From Schmidtea polychroa (Eukaryota), in contig CM097885.1 of assembly GCA_044892525.1 (NCBI GenBank), forward strand, positions 21,082,001 to 21,146,000: DNA of 64,000 nt, written 5' to 3'. Below, in pieces: positions 42,285-55,527 of this stretch. The notes under the pieces are model-generated. The model was not told the DNA's origin. It searched no databases and saw only the letters and a program-made list of their open reading frames with translations. The first letter of the stretch is position 1, and every line of letters starts with the position of its first letter. Made by a program: the position numbers and the translations under genes.

Positions 42285-43468
42285 TACATGAAAATAATAT
42301 AACTTTAAAAATAACTTTTAAAATAATAATAAGAAGAAAAAAAAAGAAGACCTTTGAAAAAGTCTTTGGAAATAATTCTTTGAAAATATTACTTTGAAAA
42401 ATATTTGATGAAAATGTTCCTGAAATAATTATGAAAATATTGAAAATGTAGAAAATTATGAAAATGTTAAAAATACATGAAAATATTAATCATTATGAAA
42501 ATATTGAAAATGTAGAAAATTATTAAAATAATCTTGCAAATGATGAAAATGTTGAAAATCATGTTAACGTAGAAATTAAGTTTTATGAATATTTAAGTAA
42601 ATAATAATAATGAAACTTCTAAAATAATAATTAGAACTTTGAAAATAATAATAATAATTCTTTGAAAATAATTCTTTGAAAAATATTTGATGAAAATGTT
42701 CCTGAAATAATCATAAAAATGTTGAAAATCGTGAAAATATTGAAAATGTAGAAAATTATTAAAATATTCATGCAAATGATGAAAATGTTGAAAATCATGA
42801 AATTGACGTAGAAATTAAGTTTTATGAATATTTAAGTAAATAATAATAATGAAACTTCTAAAATAAAATAATAGTTAGAATTTTGCAAATAATAATAAAA
42901 ATAATAATAATAATAAAAAATAATAATAATAATATTTATGCAAAGCATGTGCAATAATTATGTCTTTGTTAAATAAGTCAACTTTAGCGTCAAAATAAGT
43001 TTTTAAAATATATTTAAATTTTAAAATACCGCAACGTAATATATTTTGTCCTGCCCTTCATTGATTTAAGTTGGTCGGAATTTAATAATAATTATATTAT
43101 ACCCTTTGAGACATGTTGAATGTGAGTAGTACCCTTTTAACCATTACCCATATGACCAATACCCATAGGGGGACAGAATATCTTGTCGGATAGACTAGGA
43201 GTATATATGATAATAATATTCCCTGCGCGCATAATACTTTGAACTTGTATTTCAAAATACTTTTAAAATATTAATAATAATAATAAGATGAAGAACTTTC
43301 AAAATAACTGCAAAAATGTTAGTTTAAAATAATAATAATAGTAAAGAAATATTGAAAAATATTGAAAATTATTAAAATATTCATGCAAATGACAAAACTG
43401 TTGAAAATCATTAAATTGCCATAGAATTTAAGTTTCATGAATAATTGCCAATAAAAATAATAATAATA

Positions 43469-43569
<101 letters not shown>

Positions 43570-44186
43570 TACATGAAAATAATATAACTTTAAAAATAAC
43601 TTTTAAAATAATAATAAGAAGAAAAAAAAAGAAGACCTTTGAAAAAGTCTTTGGAAATAATTCTTTGAAAATATTACTTTGAAAAATATTTGATGAAAAT
43701 GTTCCTGAAATAATTATGAAAATATTGAAAATGTAGAAAATTATGAAAATGTTAAAAATACATGAAAATATTAATCATTATGAAAATATTGAAAATGTAG
43801 AAAATTATTAAAATAATCTTGCAAATGATGAAAATGTTGAAAATCATGTTAACGTAGAAATTAAGTTTTATGAATATTTAAGTAAATAATAATAATGAAA
43901 CTTCTAAAATAATAATTAGAACTTTGAAAATAATAATAATAATTCTTTGAAAATAATTCTTTGAAAAATATTTGATGAAAATGTTCCTGAAATAATCATA
44001 AAAATGTTGAAAATCGTGAAAATGTTGAAAATCGTGAAAATATTGAAAATGTAGAAAATTACGAAAATAATGAAAATTATTAAAATATTCATGCAAATGA
44101 AGAAAATGTTGAAAATCATGAAATTGACGTAGAAATTAAGTATTAAGAATATTTGCAATAATAATAATAATAATTATATTAATAAT

Positions 44187-44319
<133 letters not shown>

Positions 44320-44481
44320 TTGATTAAAACTTTAAAAATAATAATGATAGATTAAATTATTACCTAATCGATAATTAAAACAAAATATATATTATCATAT
44401 AATCAACGATTTAAACATAATTAAATATCATACTCACCTCTGTATTACCTTTTGTTTGATATATATATATATATATATATA

Positions 44482-47331
44482 TTAGGGTGGAGTGAAAATG
44501 ACCGAAAAAAATTTTTTTGACTTAGTAGACTTTGGATAGTTATAAAAACTTGCTATGAGGTCCAATGAAGTACTCTGTAAAGAAAAACAATAATTTAAAT
44601 AATGTCTTGAGGTTCCACAACCAACTTTAAAATGTAACCATTGATAAGAAAACGATAATGTATTTGCTATTATTGACATATTATTGAAGTCATTGATGGC
44701 ATTTAAATAATATTTTCATTACTTTTAATAGCAAAACATTTGCCACCCATACACTATGGATTTTAAATGCCTCTGGTTTTCCTTTTTAGAGTTGCAATGG
44801 CTGTAACCAGAAAGAAAGTGTCTTGTGTCATCTTTGGTGGTCCATCCGAGATGCCCGACAATCAACTACCGACTTATGCAGATGTTATGAAATTCTACAA
44901 CCTGACAAAGCAGAGACTGAAATGCGAATTGAACAATAAAGATCCTTCACATCGCAACGTGGCAGAAACAGTGTCAATGAAAGTAGAACAAATATGGGAC
45001 AAAGCTTCCATACCACATGTAAGCCACCGCCGTGTTCATGAAATGTTGAACGTGTACCACAAGACGTTCACGAAATTGCTGAAGCCGTATAAATCTAGGA
45101 AGGACTCAGAACCATACAGAGAGAAAATATCGCAGTTTAAAGATGAATCGATTAAACTCTTTGACATTTGCTCCTGCAAGTGCTCTTGTATGTCTCAGTG
45201 TCACTGTGAGAAGTCAAGAAAGATACCCACAATTGAACGTGACTTTCTAGAAGATCAGCGGGGTTCACGCTGTATGATCATAGCTGGAGTTGATGAGTTT
45301 GAATCCAGTATATTACAAAAGCGGTATATCCGTAAAGAGTCGACACAGAGGCAGATGTGTACCAAATCTGCCATTGATGACATCGGTGATAAACAGTCGG
45401 ATGTCTGTGACGAGATTTCTGGAATGGAAGAGGAAATGGATACCGGCGATGATGACTCTGATGACGATTGTATAAGCCAAATTAAACAACAGCGAAAATT
45501 GAATGACAAGCAGATGAGAGTTAAGCTACCGTCGTTGGCTTTAGCGTGTGATCGACATGGCGTATCCGACAGGGCGGCAGCAGGAATCGCCAGTGCTGTT
45601 CTTCAAGATGTTGGAATAATCCACGAACATGATGTTTCTAAAGTGATTGACAGAAGTAAAGTGCGTCGAGAACGTTGTAATAAGCGTGGCGCATTATGTG
45701 CCGAAGTCAGTAACACAATCACTGGGTTATATTTTGACGGCAGAAAAGACAATACAATGACCCAAATTAAAGAATGCGATGGTAAATTTCATCGGAAAAT
45801 AATAACTGAAGAACATATATCGATTATAGCCGAACCAGGAGCTACATATTTCGGTCACATTACACCAACTGCAGGGTCAAGCAAAGTTATCACGGCTGAG
45901 TTGATTACATATTTGAATAAAAGAAATGTTGACACGAGTGGCATAAAAGCAATAGGTTGTGATGGGACAGCCACTAATACGGGCATTCGAGGAGGCATCA
46001 TTCGATTACTTGAAGTGACGTTACACAGACCGCTACAGTGGTTCGTATGTCAGTTGCATGCAAACGAATTACCGTTAAGACATTTGTTTCAGTATCTCGA
46101 TGGACCTACCAATGGTCCAAAAGGATTTTCTGGTCCCATTGGAAAGTCATTGTTGAATTGTGAGAAGCTTCCCATCGTTGACTACATGCCGATAAACTGT
46201 GTTCTACCGTCAAGTGCAAATTCCGACGATTTAAGTACAGATCAGAAATACCTGTTCGATTTGTGTACTGCTGTAAGTGTTGGTATTTGTCCTGTCGACC
46301 ATTCACTTCGCAATCCTGGTCTTATCAACCATTCGAGATGGTTAACCACGGCTAATCGCATACTACGTCTGTATGTTGCCACAAGAAGCCCGTCGGATGA
46401 ACTAAAGACGCTTGCTACCTTCATCGTAACAGTTTATGCACCTGCATGGTTTGAAATAAAGAATACCCCTTCGTGTAAAGACGGCGCTCGACATGTCCAC
46501 AGTACGATACTGAAATCACGCTACCTCACAGACGAGCTGAAGAAAATTGTTGACCCGGTAATTCAACGCAACGCATTCTTTAGTCATCCAGAAAATCTGT
46601 TGCTTGCGATGCTTACCGATGAAAGATCAGATATACGCGAGTTAGCTCTGCGACGCATACTGAAATCCAGAAAGCAGAAACGTACGACTTCAGTTAGATC
46701 TTTCTGCGTGCCAGTAATCAACTTTGAAGCTACTAGCTACATAGACATGATCGATTGGCAGAAAACTCCGATCACAGAGCCTCCAATCGTAGTGGACATT
46801 GACGAAGATACTTTGTTAACCATGATCCGGGAAGAAGAAACGCCAAGACTGGATTTCGCCCGCTATCCTTGTCACACCCAGGCAGTAGAGAGACATATCA
46901 AGCTAGTGACAGAAGCATCCGAAATGGTGTGTGGTCCAGAAAAACGCGACGGATTCATTAGAGCACGCTTGGAATCGAGATTGAAAATCCCAAAACTGGA
47001 CACCAAAGCCCAACATCATTTGTAGTTATAAAAACATGTTAGACAGTTTGCATGTGGTTTCCCTTTACAGATATGGTTCTTATTACTTGTAATGTTATGT
47101 ACAGACTGTTAAAAAGTTAAACCATAACATAAATATGTTACTTATAAAAAAATGTTTTTTTTAAAGATTATTGCTTTTTTATCGAAATATGCCTATACTT
47201 TAGGTCAATTGTGGAACCTCAAGATATGCTTTAAATTGTCTAATTGTTTGCCACATTACTAATTGCACGTGTTACCAAGTTTTTATAGCTATCCAAACAA
47301 GATATTAAGAAAAAAAAATTTTCACTCCACC

Positions 47332-47335
<4 letters not shown>
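44482..47335 (+). mobile_element. hATm-like transposon, copy 2
   Basis: It duplicates 36204-39057. Confidence 0.88.
44767..47025 (+). CDS. 752-aa DDE transposase, copy 2
   Basis: The translation is identical to 36489-38747. Confidence 0.85.
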   Translation: MPLVFLFRVAMAVTRKKVSCVIFGGPSEMPDNQLPTYADVMKFYNLTKQRLKCELNNKDPSHRNVAETVSMKVEQIWDKASIPHVSHRRVHEMLNVYHKTFTKLLKPYKSRKDSEPYREKISQFKDESIKLFDICSCKCSCMSQCHCEKSRKIPTIERDFLEDQRGSRCMIIAGVDEFESSILQKRYIRKESTQRQMCTKSAIDDIGDKQSDVCDEISGMEEEMDTGDDDSDDDCISQIKQQRKLNDKQMRVKLPSLALACDRHGVSDRAAAGIASAVLQDVGIIHEHDVSKVIDRSKVRRERCNKRGALCAEVSNTITGLYFDGRKDNTMTQIKECDGKFHRKIITEEHISIIAEPGATYFGHITPTAGSSKVITAELITYLNKRNVDTSGIKAIGCDGTATNTGIRGGIIRLLEVTLHRPLQWFVCQLHANELPLRHLFQYLDGPTNGPKGFSGPIGKSLLNCEKLPIVDYMPINCVLPSSANSDDLSTDQKYLFDLCTAVSVGICPVDHSLRNPGLINHSRWLTTANRILRLYVATRSPSDELKTLATFIVTVYAPAWFEIKNTPSCKDGARHVHSTILKSRYLTDELKKIVDPVIQRNAFFSHPENLLLAMLTDERSDIRELALRRILKSRKQKRTTSVRSFCVPVINFEATSYIDMIDWQKTPITEPPIVVDIDEDTLLTMIREEETPRLDFARYPCHTQAVERHIKLVTEASEMVCGPEKRDGFIRARLESRLKIPKLDTKAQHHL

Positions 47336-47408
<73 letters not shown>

Positions 47409-47411
<3 letters not shown>

Positions 47412-49676
47412 GGGTGCCCATAAGGTCGATCGCGATCTACCGGTAGATCGCGAAGGATTTTTTAGTAGATCTTCATAAAAAAAATATTTTTTATATAAAT
47501 TTAGATTTTATATAAAATTTCTGTTTTATGCTTAAAATTTTGTGTAACAAAGTGAAAAATTTTCTTAAGCTTTTTTGTTAAATTAATTTTGTTTAAAAAT
47601 GCTAAATAAAAAAATGCTAAATAAAAAAGCCAACACTTATCATTATAGCGAAGAAATGGAGAAGGAGTACTTTTTTGTAATGATTAAAGGTAAATGTTGT
47701 TGCTTAATTTGTAAAGCTACTATTTCATTACCAAAAAGAGGGAATTTGGAAAGGCATTTCAAGACAATTCATAAGAATTTTGCAGTTGATTATCCACTTG
47801 ACAGTGAACTACGCAAGTCTAAAATCCTGGAACTGAAAACATGCATTTCTTTTCAACAGTCATTTTTTACGAAGCTAACATCCAAATCAAAGTCAGCTAC
47901 AGCTGCATCTTTCCGAGTAAGCTACATTCTGGCAAAAAATAAGAAATCTTTTAGTGATGGAGTAATTGTAAAAGAAGCATTTTTAGAAGCGGCAGAATCA
48001 TTATTTTGTGATTTTAAAAATAAATCAGATATAATTTCTGCTATTACTGATATGCAATTGTCCCGTAATACAGTTACACGGAGAGTCCAAGAAATAAGTA
48101 CCAATTTAAAAAATCAGTTAATGTTAGACATAGGAAATTGTACCGCATTTTCATTGCAAGCAGACGAATCAACTGATGCGGCTGATATTTCGCAGCTTAT
48201 AATTTTTATTCGAAAGGTCTTTAAAGATTTTTCTACGAAGGAAGAATTATTAACAATTATACCACTCAAAAGTAAAACTCGAGGTGAGGAGATATTTCAG
48301 AATTTTAAAGCTTATGCCAACAGCATTCAGCTCCAAATTTGTAAGCTTGTATCAATAACAACAGATGGCGCACCAGCTATGACAGGGCGTCACAACGGAT
48401 TTATAGCATATTGTAGGAATGATTTTGAATTCCCAGATTTTCTTTCCTACCACTGTATTATTCATCAACAAGCCTTGTGTGCTAAAATTCTGAATATGAG
48501 AGATATTATGGAAATAACATTCAAAATTGCTAACTCGATTCGTGCAAGAAGTCTTCAGAGACGACTTTTCAAATTACAAATTGAAGAAAGTAATAGAGAA
48601 GGTCCTGCTGAATTACTGATGCATTCAGATGTAAAGGTGGCTAAGTAGAGGAAAATTCTTACAAAGATTTAGAGATTTGCTTTCTGAGATTAATTTGTTC
48701 CTTGCCGCAAGAGGTGATGAGTTCAAGCAATTGGAAGATGATGTTTGGCTCTTGGATTTGGCATTTTTAGTAGATATTATTGTAATTCTGAATGAATTAA
48801 ATCTCGACTTACAAGGTAAGGATAAATTGATATTCGATATGATAAGTTCAATCAATGCATTTATACAAAAGCTTCATTTACTTATTACCAAAATAGAAGA
48901 CAAAAATTTAAGTTATTTTCCAAATATGTTGTCACAATTAAAAGAATCTGAAAATGTCAACTTTAATATTACGACATATGCGGAACAGATCAAAATTTTG
49001 GTTTTAGAGTTCGAGAGACGTTTTCAAGACTTCAAGAAACTTGAAATTGTGGCTGCATTTATGTCCTTTCCGTTTAATCCAAAAATAAAACCAGAAATTG
49101 TTGCAGATTCAATTTCAACTTTGTTTAAAATGGATATCCCTATACTTGAAATGGAAATAATCACACTTCAAAATGATATCTTCATTAAATCAAGATCTTC
49201 CGAACCAAATATATGGAAATATCTATCAGAGGATAAATATTCAAACTTGAAAAAATGCTTCGAAAATTTAGTATCATTTTTTGGTTCAACTTATTTATGT
49301 GAGTCTGCATTTTCACATATGAAAATTATAAAGTCAAAGTACCGAGCAACATTAACAGATGACCATTTGGAATCCAGCCTAAGAAGTTGCCTTAGCACTT
49401 ATATCCCAAACTACAAAAATCTAGTGGATTCAACCCAATGTAGAGCATCAACATCGAAAAGTTCTATATAAAAAAAATTTTCATTAAATTTGATTTCCTA
49501 AGTAACATTTTTTTATAATAAATAGTTATATAGTTTAATTTTCCATATTTTGACATATATTTGTTTTATTGTGATGAATTTATTGCATTGTAGGTAAATA
49601 TTATGTAAGTATTAAAAAAGTAGATCGCATACACATTTTGGATGTGAATGTAGCTCTCCTAGAAAAATTAGTGGGC
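47409..49676 (+). mobile_element. hAT Buster/Charlie-type transposon, copy 2, nearly full length
   Basis: It has the same left TIR. The right end has GTAGATCGC...GTAGCTCTC...GTGGGC but lacks the expected final ACCCCTG. Confidence 0.85.
47599..49471 (+). pseudogene. Frameshifted GTF2IRD2-like hAT transposase, copy 2
   Basis: It is identical to copy 1, including the frameshift. Confidence 0.88.
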
Positions 49677-50011
49677 TAATAGTAATATATATTATTAATA
49701 ATATATATTAGTAATATATATTAGTAATATATATTATAAGTATATATTATAAGGTTTTAAAGATTTTGGACCCTTTGAAGGTTTTTTTATGTTTAAAGGT
49801 TCACCATAAACTTTTGATGGTCTCAAATAATCACCTCACAAATACCTTTCGAATGATATCAAATAATAAAATCCATCGGTGGAAACTCTGAAATTCTCAA
49901 TTTTAAAAATATGACCTTGAAAATAATAATATTTTGGAAAATAATAATATTTGGAAAATAATAATATGACCTTGAAAATAATAATATTTTGAAATTAATA
50001 ATAATAATAAA

Positions 50012-50065
<54 letters not shown>

Positions 50066-50068
<3 letters not shown>

Positions 50069-50390
50069 TGATGGGAACGATAACTTTTGGCAGGCCAAAT
50101 AGTAGGTCACCGCGAGCACAAAGACATTAGAAATAATAATATTTTTAAAAATAATAATAATTATATATCATTGATGAGTCATATGTCTTTTTTCTCAAGT
50201 TGACATTGATGAGTCATCGGATGAGTCATGATCTTTGTTTCAATGACCTTGATGAGTCATGTGTCTTTGTTCTCAAGTTGACCTTGAAAAAAAAATTTTC
50301 AATTTTTTTCCGGTTGGGGGGGGGGGGGGTGGGGTAAAAATGTCTTTGTGCTCGCGGTGACCTGTTTTCGCGATGCCCAATCCATCTACT
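50066..50390 (-). repeat. Polinton right TIR
   Basis: It is the reverse complement of the left TIR and is followed by the TSD CTTATC. Confidence 0.92.
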
Positions 50391-50719
50391 CTTATCAACT
50401 GATATAAAAATGCCTATTCCGCTTTGGTGCCATTATAATAATTGACTAGTTTCTCTATTAACCGTGACTGATGTTGTAAGCTTAGCAATATTACATGCTT
50501 TCTAGATTTATAAGAATATCTGCACAACATTATATCATCGTGATACAAAAACTTCGAGCTACCTTCCCTTACCTTTTTCATTTATTTGAGCCGTCAGGAG
50601 TTTTTTATAATGCTCTAGAATATTTATCATTCCTAATCAACTAATTTCAATAATTAAACATACAGTAATTGAAGAAAATTGGGATCTATTTGATCCCACA
50701 AAATAATAGTGATCATAAT

Positions 50720-50827
<108 letters not shown>

Positions 50828-51032
50828 GTAATGTATTCATTAAAAAGCTAGACAATGAATCAGTAATATATTTTCGGCACTGCTTTTTCAGGTAATTTTT
50901 CAACGCTGTGCCGAAAATTCGTGAATATAAAAAATACAACATCGATATCTTTAATGATTCAAAGTCAAACAAATTTCTAATAATAATAATAGTAATAATA
51001 ATAGTAGTATATAATAATAGTATATAATAATA

Positions 51033-51129
<97 letters not shown>

Positions 51130-53079
51130 GATATTAATAATATTAATAATAATATTAGTAAAAATTTTAAAATAATTTATACTGGAAAATTGAAAAAAAT
51201 ATATTTTTTCCTAATAGAAAAATTTATTAAAAAATTATCTGTTGTAGCTCTGTATAATTGAATAGTGTGTTGACATCATTATGTAGACACAGGAAGATTC
51301 CTACAATATCAACAATCAATTCCAGAATGGCTTCATGGAACATAAAATGGGCCGGAAATCGGCCATAGAATGAATAATAAAATGACAAATGGATGGATTG
51401 GTAGAATGGACGCAATTCTAAATGTCTATTACAGAATCAGCCCGTGTAGAGCAAAGCAATAAACTGCCTAACATTAATGGACTGCAAGTTTGCATTCAGA
51501 GACACCGTCGGAGACTATTAGGCCCTAATCAGATCTCGGCATTAAATGGATCAATTAAGTGGTTCTGAAATAAAATGATGAATTACCCATCCTGATGTTT
51601 GAGTTAGTTTGGGTTTTTTTTAATTGAAAATCTGTTGAATATCATTTTATTTGTATTTCTGTTTTCACTGTTGAATTATAAATGTTTTACTATAAATCTG
51701 TCATAGTGGTTTGTGTTGGTTGTTTATTTGTTATTTTGGATATTTAATTGTTATTGATTTTATTTTCCATAGGAAGGTTGGGATTGTTCAAATAATAAAC
51801 ACTGCTGAATTGGCTTACCTATTTATTTGAATAATGTTTTTATAAATAATTCCGAGACAGACCGACCGAAAATTCTACGGAATTTCTTGATATTTGGATA
51901 ATCAGCACATTTTTGGCGGTGATGTACATTCTTATATATACCAAGAGCCGAATATTTTTGTAAAGCAAAATATTTTTCATGTTTGAACGCCTTTTATTTT
52001 ATTGTAAATAGTTATAAGAACATAATATAATTAGCAATGGAAATTTGATATTGTATTTTGTTTTTTTGGTAATATTACCGATGTCAAGTGAACAACCAAA
52101 TTTGGTATGGAATTTACAATTAGTGGTTACACTTATAAGCAACGATAAACTAAAATTAATAAATAAAAAAATAATAAAATAAATAATAAAAAAAAATAAT
52201 AAAAAAGTAGGTTAGACAGAACAAAAATTTATATCAGAAGAGGAAAATGAGCAATTTATTATAACACTAAATAAATAAATGCAAAAACATCAACCTAGAT
52301 TTTGAGATATATAAATGCGTAAATATTCCAGAGTAAATAAATAAAATATTTTGTTAATCATATTTTAATAATATATAATATAATATTTTAAACAATTAAA
52401 TGATAATTTAAGCTTTTTGCGGCGAATAATATATTTAATTGTTTAAAATTTAATTAATGTTGCTACCAAGAAATCATCACTTTATGCTATTTAATATAAT
52501 AAAAATTTATTAAAATATTTATAATGTTAATATTTTTTTATATAACCATTTTGTATATTTTCTTTGTCAAATAAAAGTCTGTCATCGGATATTTAAACAT
52601 TTCTATCCGACGTACGCAAATTCGTCGATGGGACGCCTGAATAAGTCGAATAAACAGAATAAATTTCTGAAGTCAAAGAAACAAAAGATGCAAATCAAGT
52701 GTCTGAATTTTCGGTAGTTAAACTGCTCTTGTTTTTACTTGAAATAAATTTATTACATCAGAGTACTTGACCACATCTGAAAGAGCACATCTCATAGAGC
52801 ATGATAAGATTCGGTCGGGCAATATTGTTCTTTCCGCCTATATTATTATTCATATTCTCTCAAAGCGTTCGTTTCAAGTATGTTTTATAATTTATTTTTA
52901 TATTTAATACTTTATTTGCAAAACTTCATAGGTGGGTCATAGGTTGCTGATGTCTTCTATATACAATTTAAACGACATAATTAAAAATTTTCTTTATAAT
53001 ATAAAATATATATTGTATAAATGTCTACTTTTATTAAAACAATATTAAATAATTTTATTAAAATTAAAATATAAAATAA

Positions 53080-53165
53080 TAAAGTGATAATTTAAGCCTT
53101 TTGCTGCGAACAATGTATTTATTGAAAAACTTTTCGACTATAAGATAGTTCCTGTCAATATAAAA
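53080..53165 (-). mobile_element. Penelope family A tail fragment with a degenerate hammerhead
   Basis: The minus strand reads TTGACAG-G-AACTAT(ctt)ATAGTC-GAAA-agtt-TT-TCA...GCAGCAAAAGGCTTAAAT, homologous to 775-850. Confidence 0.6.
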
Positions 53166-54299
53166 TAATGATTAAAAAAATCAATAAAAAGTTTATAAAA
53201 TTTCAAAAAAATATATAATATATTAATTATATTGAATATATTTTTACATTTTGTAAAGGAGAAGATTTTTCCAGGCAATTTTTTGACGCAATATTTTAAG
53301 CAATTATTTCTTGCGCTAGAATACTTAAAATATATAAATATATCATAAGATATTATATTTTTATAATTAAAATTAATTCGTATAAATTCAGCCGGGGCCT
53401 TGCATATTTTCTATGGAGTCTGACATACCTTGGATGTATTTATAATATGCAAATAATTTATTAAGGTCTTTATCACTAATAAAATACTTAAAATTTTAAT
53501 AAAAATATTTAAATTTAAATTTTTAGTTTCAAACGTCACGTTACTCTCCACTAATTAATTTAAATTAATTAATTAATAAAAAAAACGATTAAATTTACAA
53601 TCGAAATTTCAACACAGACCTCAATAACGGAATTTCGAATCAGTGATTCTTTAAATTTCACAATAATAGCAACTGAAATTTATTCTCAATTTTACAATAG
53701 CTTCATCGTTTAGCAAAGATTAAGATCGCTTTAAATTCCGTTTCGAAGCAACACTTAGAATTTTGTACAAGCATAACTTTTCAACAATGACATCTGTGTC
53801 CTTAGGATGTCATTTGAAGAGTGCTCAACAACTAGCAGTCCTCTTGTCTCCTTAAAGAGCAGGCTTTAAATTAGGACAATGAGCTCACTATCAGGCAATT
53901 TCTTGCACGTGCAACTTATCCCATATGCATATCACGTAAAACGAATCAATTTAGCGTAATACCTCACCTCTTACAAACAATTTTTTCAATGCCGAAACAA
54001 TGAAACAAAAAATGCAAAATTGAAATTTGTTTTTCCAAACTTCATTATTAAAATATTAATAAATTTTTGAATTAATTAATAGTACTACTTTTAAATTACT
54101 AGTAGAATATGCTTGTAATAATAATAATATCAATAATTATTTTTTTAATTATAATTCAAATAATACTAGATCATTTTTCAATTTATAATAAATATATCAA
54201 GATTTTAAAATATTTAAATTATAATTTTATTTTATAATTTTTAATTTTAACAATATGCAAAAATCTTTTTAATTTAATTGAAATTTAAAAATTATTTTT

Positions 54300-54720
54300 A
54301 TAATTTAGTGCATTTAAAATAACAACAATTCACATACTCACAATTTACAAACCAAACTATTTAAAAACATTAAAAACACAAGTATTCACAGAATTTTGCA
54401 CATTAATATTCGGATTTTATCAACGAAGCTTCACAAATTACACGTTCATAATATTTGGTAGAGGCCTCCAGTCGATTGTGTTGACGTTATGACGATAGGT
54501 TTCTCCAATGTATATTTACATCCACTACATATAAATTTATAAACGAGATCCGAGCCGATACAAATTTCTTATTTTCCTCTTATAATCGGTAATATCTTCC
54601 GAGTACGGCAATATCAATTCAAAGTTAGGTTCATCATCTTTATCTTCACTATTGAATTAATTTAACTCACACTCCAACTCGTCCATACCAGTCAAATTAC
54701 ACCCAGATATTCTCAAAAAA
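54300..54720 (-). pseudogene. Decayed Penelope family B linker/GIY-YIG fragment
   Basis: Collinear similarity to 11700-12300 (AAACGAGATC, GAGTACGGCAATAT, CACCCAGAT, CACAAGTATT). Confidence 0.75.
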
Positions 54721-54803
54721 TAATAATATTTATAATAATAATAATAATATTATAAGAACTTTTGTTTCTTCCAATTTCACCACTGATTATTTTTCCCATT
54801 GAA

Positions 54804-54915
54804 TTATTAAAAAGAGAGTTTGAAGACTATAAATCAGTAATATATCGATGTTTGTGAAGATCAACACACATCGATATATTACTGATTTATAGTCTTCAAA
54901 CTCTCTTTTTAATAA
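54804..54915. repeat. Perfect 48-bp inverted repeat with a 16-nt spacer
   Basis: The arms at 54804-54851 and 54868-54915 are exact reverse complements. Confidence 0.92.
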
Positions 54916-55342
54916 ATAATAATAATAGTAATAATAATAACAATAATGGTATAAAATATTTTTTTACGGATGTCTAACATTAAAATATTTTACACCATTA
55001 CCAGTTAAAAATGCTAAAGGTTTACAGATGTACTTGTAAACAGTTTCTATTTATAGACACTGTCTCCAGAGGTGAATATGATTTTTCATACGCCATGTTT
55101 ACAAGTTTACAGATATTTTTTCTGTGATTTAGCTAATTTGCAAGTGATGTGATTTCCAATGTACCACGGAAAGTATACAATAGAGTTGAATCAGCAATAT
55201 TGTATACTTACCTGCGCGAAGAGAAATCTTCGAGTCTCCTGCTTAATACTGATGAGAGCCAAAAGCTCGAAACTAATCTACTATTGGGATTTGCATTGGG
55301 TATCACAAAGCTTGTAATGTTTATATAATAATAATAATGATG

Positions 55343-55431
<89 letters not shown>

Positions 55432-55432
55432 C

Positions 55433-55510
<78 letters not shown>

Positions 55511-55527
55511 GTAATAATAATCTAAAG

